Under the pieces are notes generated by a model, which saw only the letters and a list, made by a program, of their open reading frames with translations, made no database searches and was not told the origin of the DNA. A stretch of DNA of 64,000 nt from assembly GCF_002571385.2 (NCBI RefSeq), contig NW_019217847.1:47599-111598 (forward strand), written 5' to 3'. Positions 63,684 through 64,000 of this stretch are shown in pieces. Made by a program: the position numbers and the translations under genes. Origin of the DNA: Stylophora pistillata (lineage: Eukaryota). Numbering within the stretch: position 1 is the stretch's first letter; each line of letters begins with the position of its first letter.

Positions 63684-64000
63684 GTAAGCGCCGTTTTGTA
63701 TCGTCCTGTGGCAATATTTGCCGAACAGTGACATTGATTGAAAAAACTTTTAACGGCACGCAGATCTGACCATCATCAAAAGCCGATAGTTAAAATCTCT
63801 GATTCCATTCTACTTTTTTCAAGGGGTGATTGCTACCAAAGCCTTTTAAGCACAGTCAATAACATCGATCTATCCGTTGACTACCAAAATTTCAACTAAT
63901 TAAATAAAAATAATAGCATCCCGTACAGAATCTGCGCTACTGTTTCTCAAAATGTTCTTAAGATGAACATCTTGAAATGATTCAATGTCTGGCGAATAGA

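Overview
AT-rich, intron-containing animal DNA, most likely an anthozoan cnidarian or stony coral. This is inferred from a HIRamide-type neuropeptide gene, single-domain Kunitz genes and the repeat types. Genes were spliced by hand from GT-AG junctions and reading phase. In order: a 3-exon nuclear receptor (+); a long low-complexity ORF whose frame runs on through six tandem in-frame TGA codons (-); 12-exon EME1 with an N-terminal CUE-like domain (-); a HIRamide-like precursor with one peptide per exon (+); three intronless SGNH-hydrolase paralogues; two Kunitz inhibitors (-); a small orphan ORF (-); a decayed hAT transposase; a SEPT3/9-group septin with an N-terminal EF-hand-like lobe (+); a SNAG+eh1 Fez-like zinc-finger gene (+); and, running off the right edge, a signal-peptide-bearing channel with a TTVGYGD K+ filter and GluR0/iGluR-like architecture (+). 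Introns and intergenic DNA carry many MITEs, SINEs, LINE fragments, Penelope-like hairpins with hammerhead-like cores, and minisatellites. The strongest novelty candidates are the GluR0-like K+ channel, the EF-hand-septin fusion, the SGNH cluster and the exon-per-peptide neuropeptide gene. No database searches were run, so all family calls rest on motif recognition.
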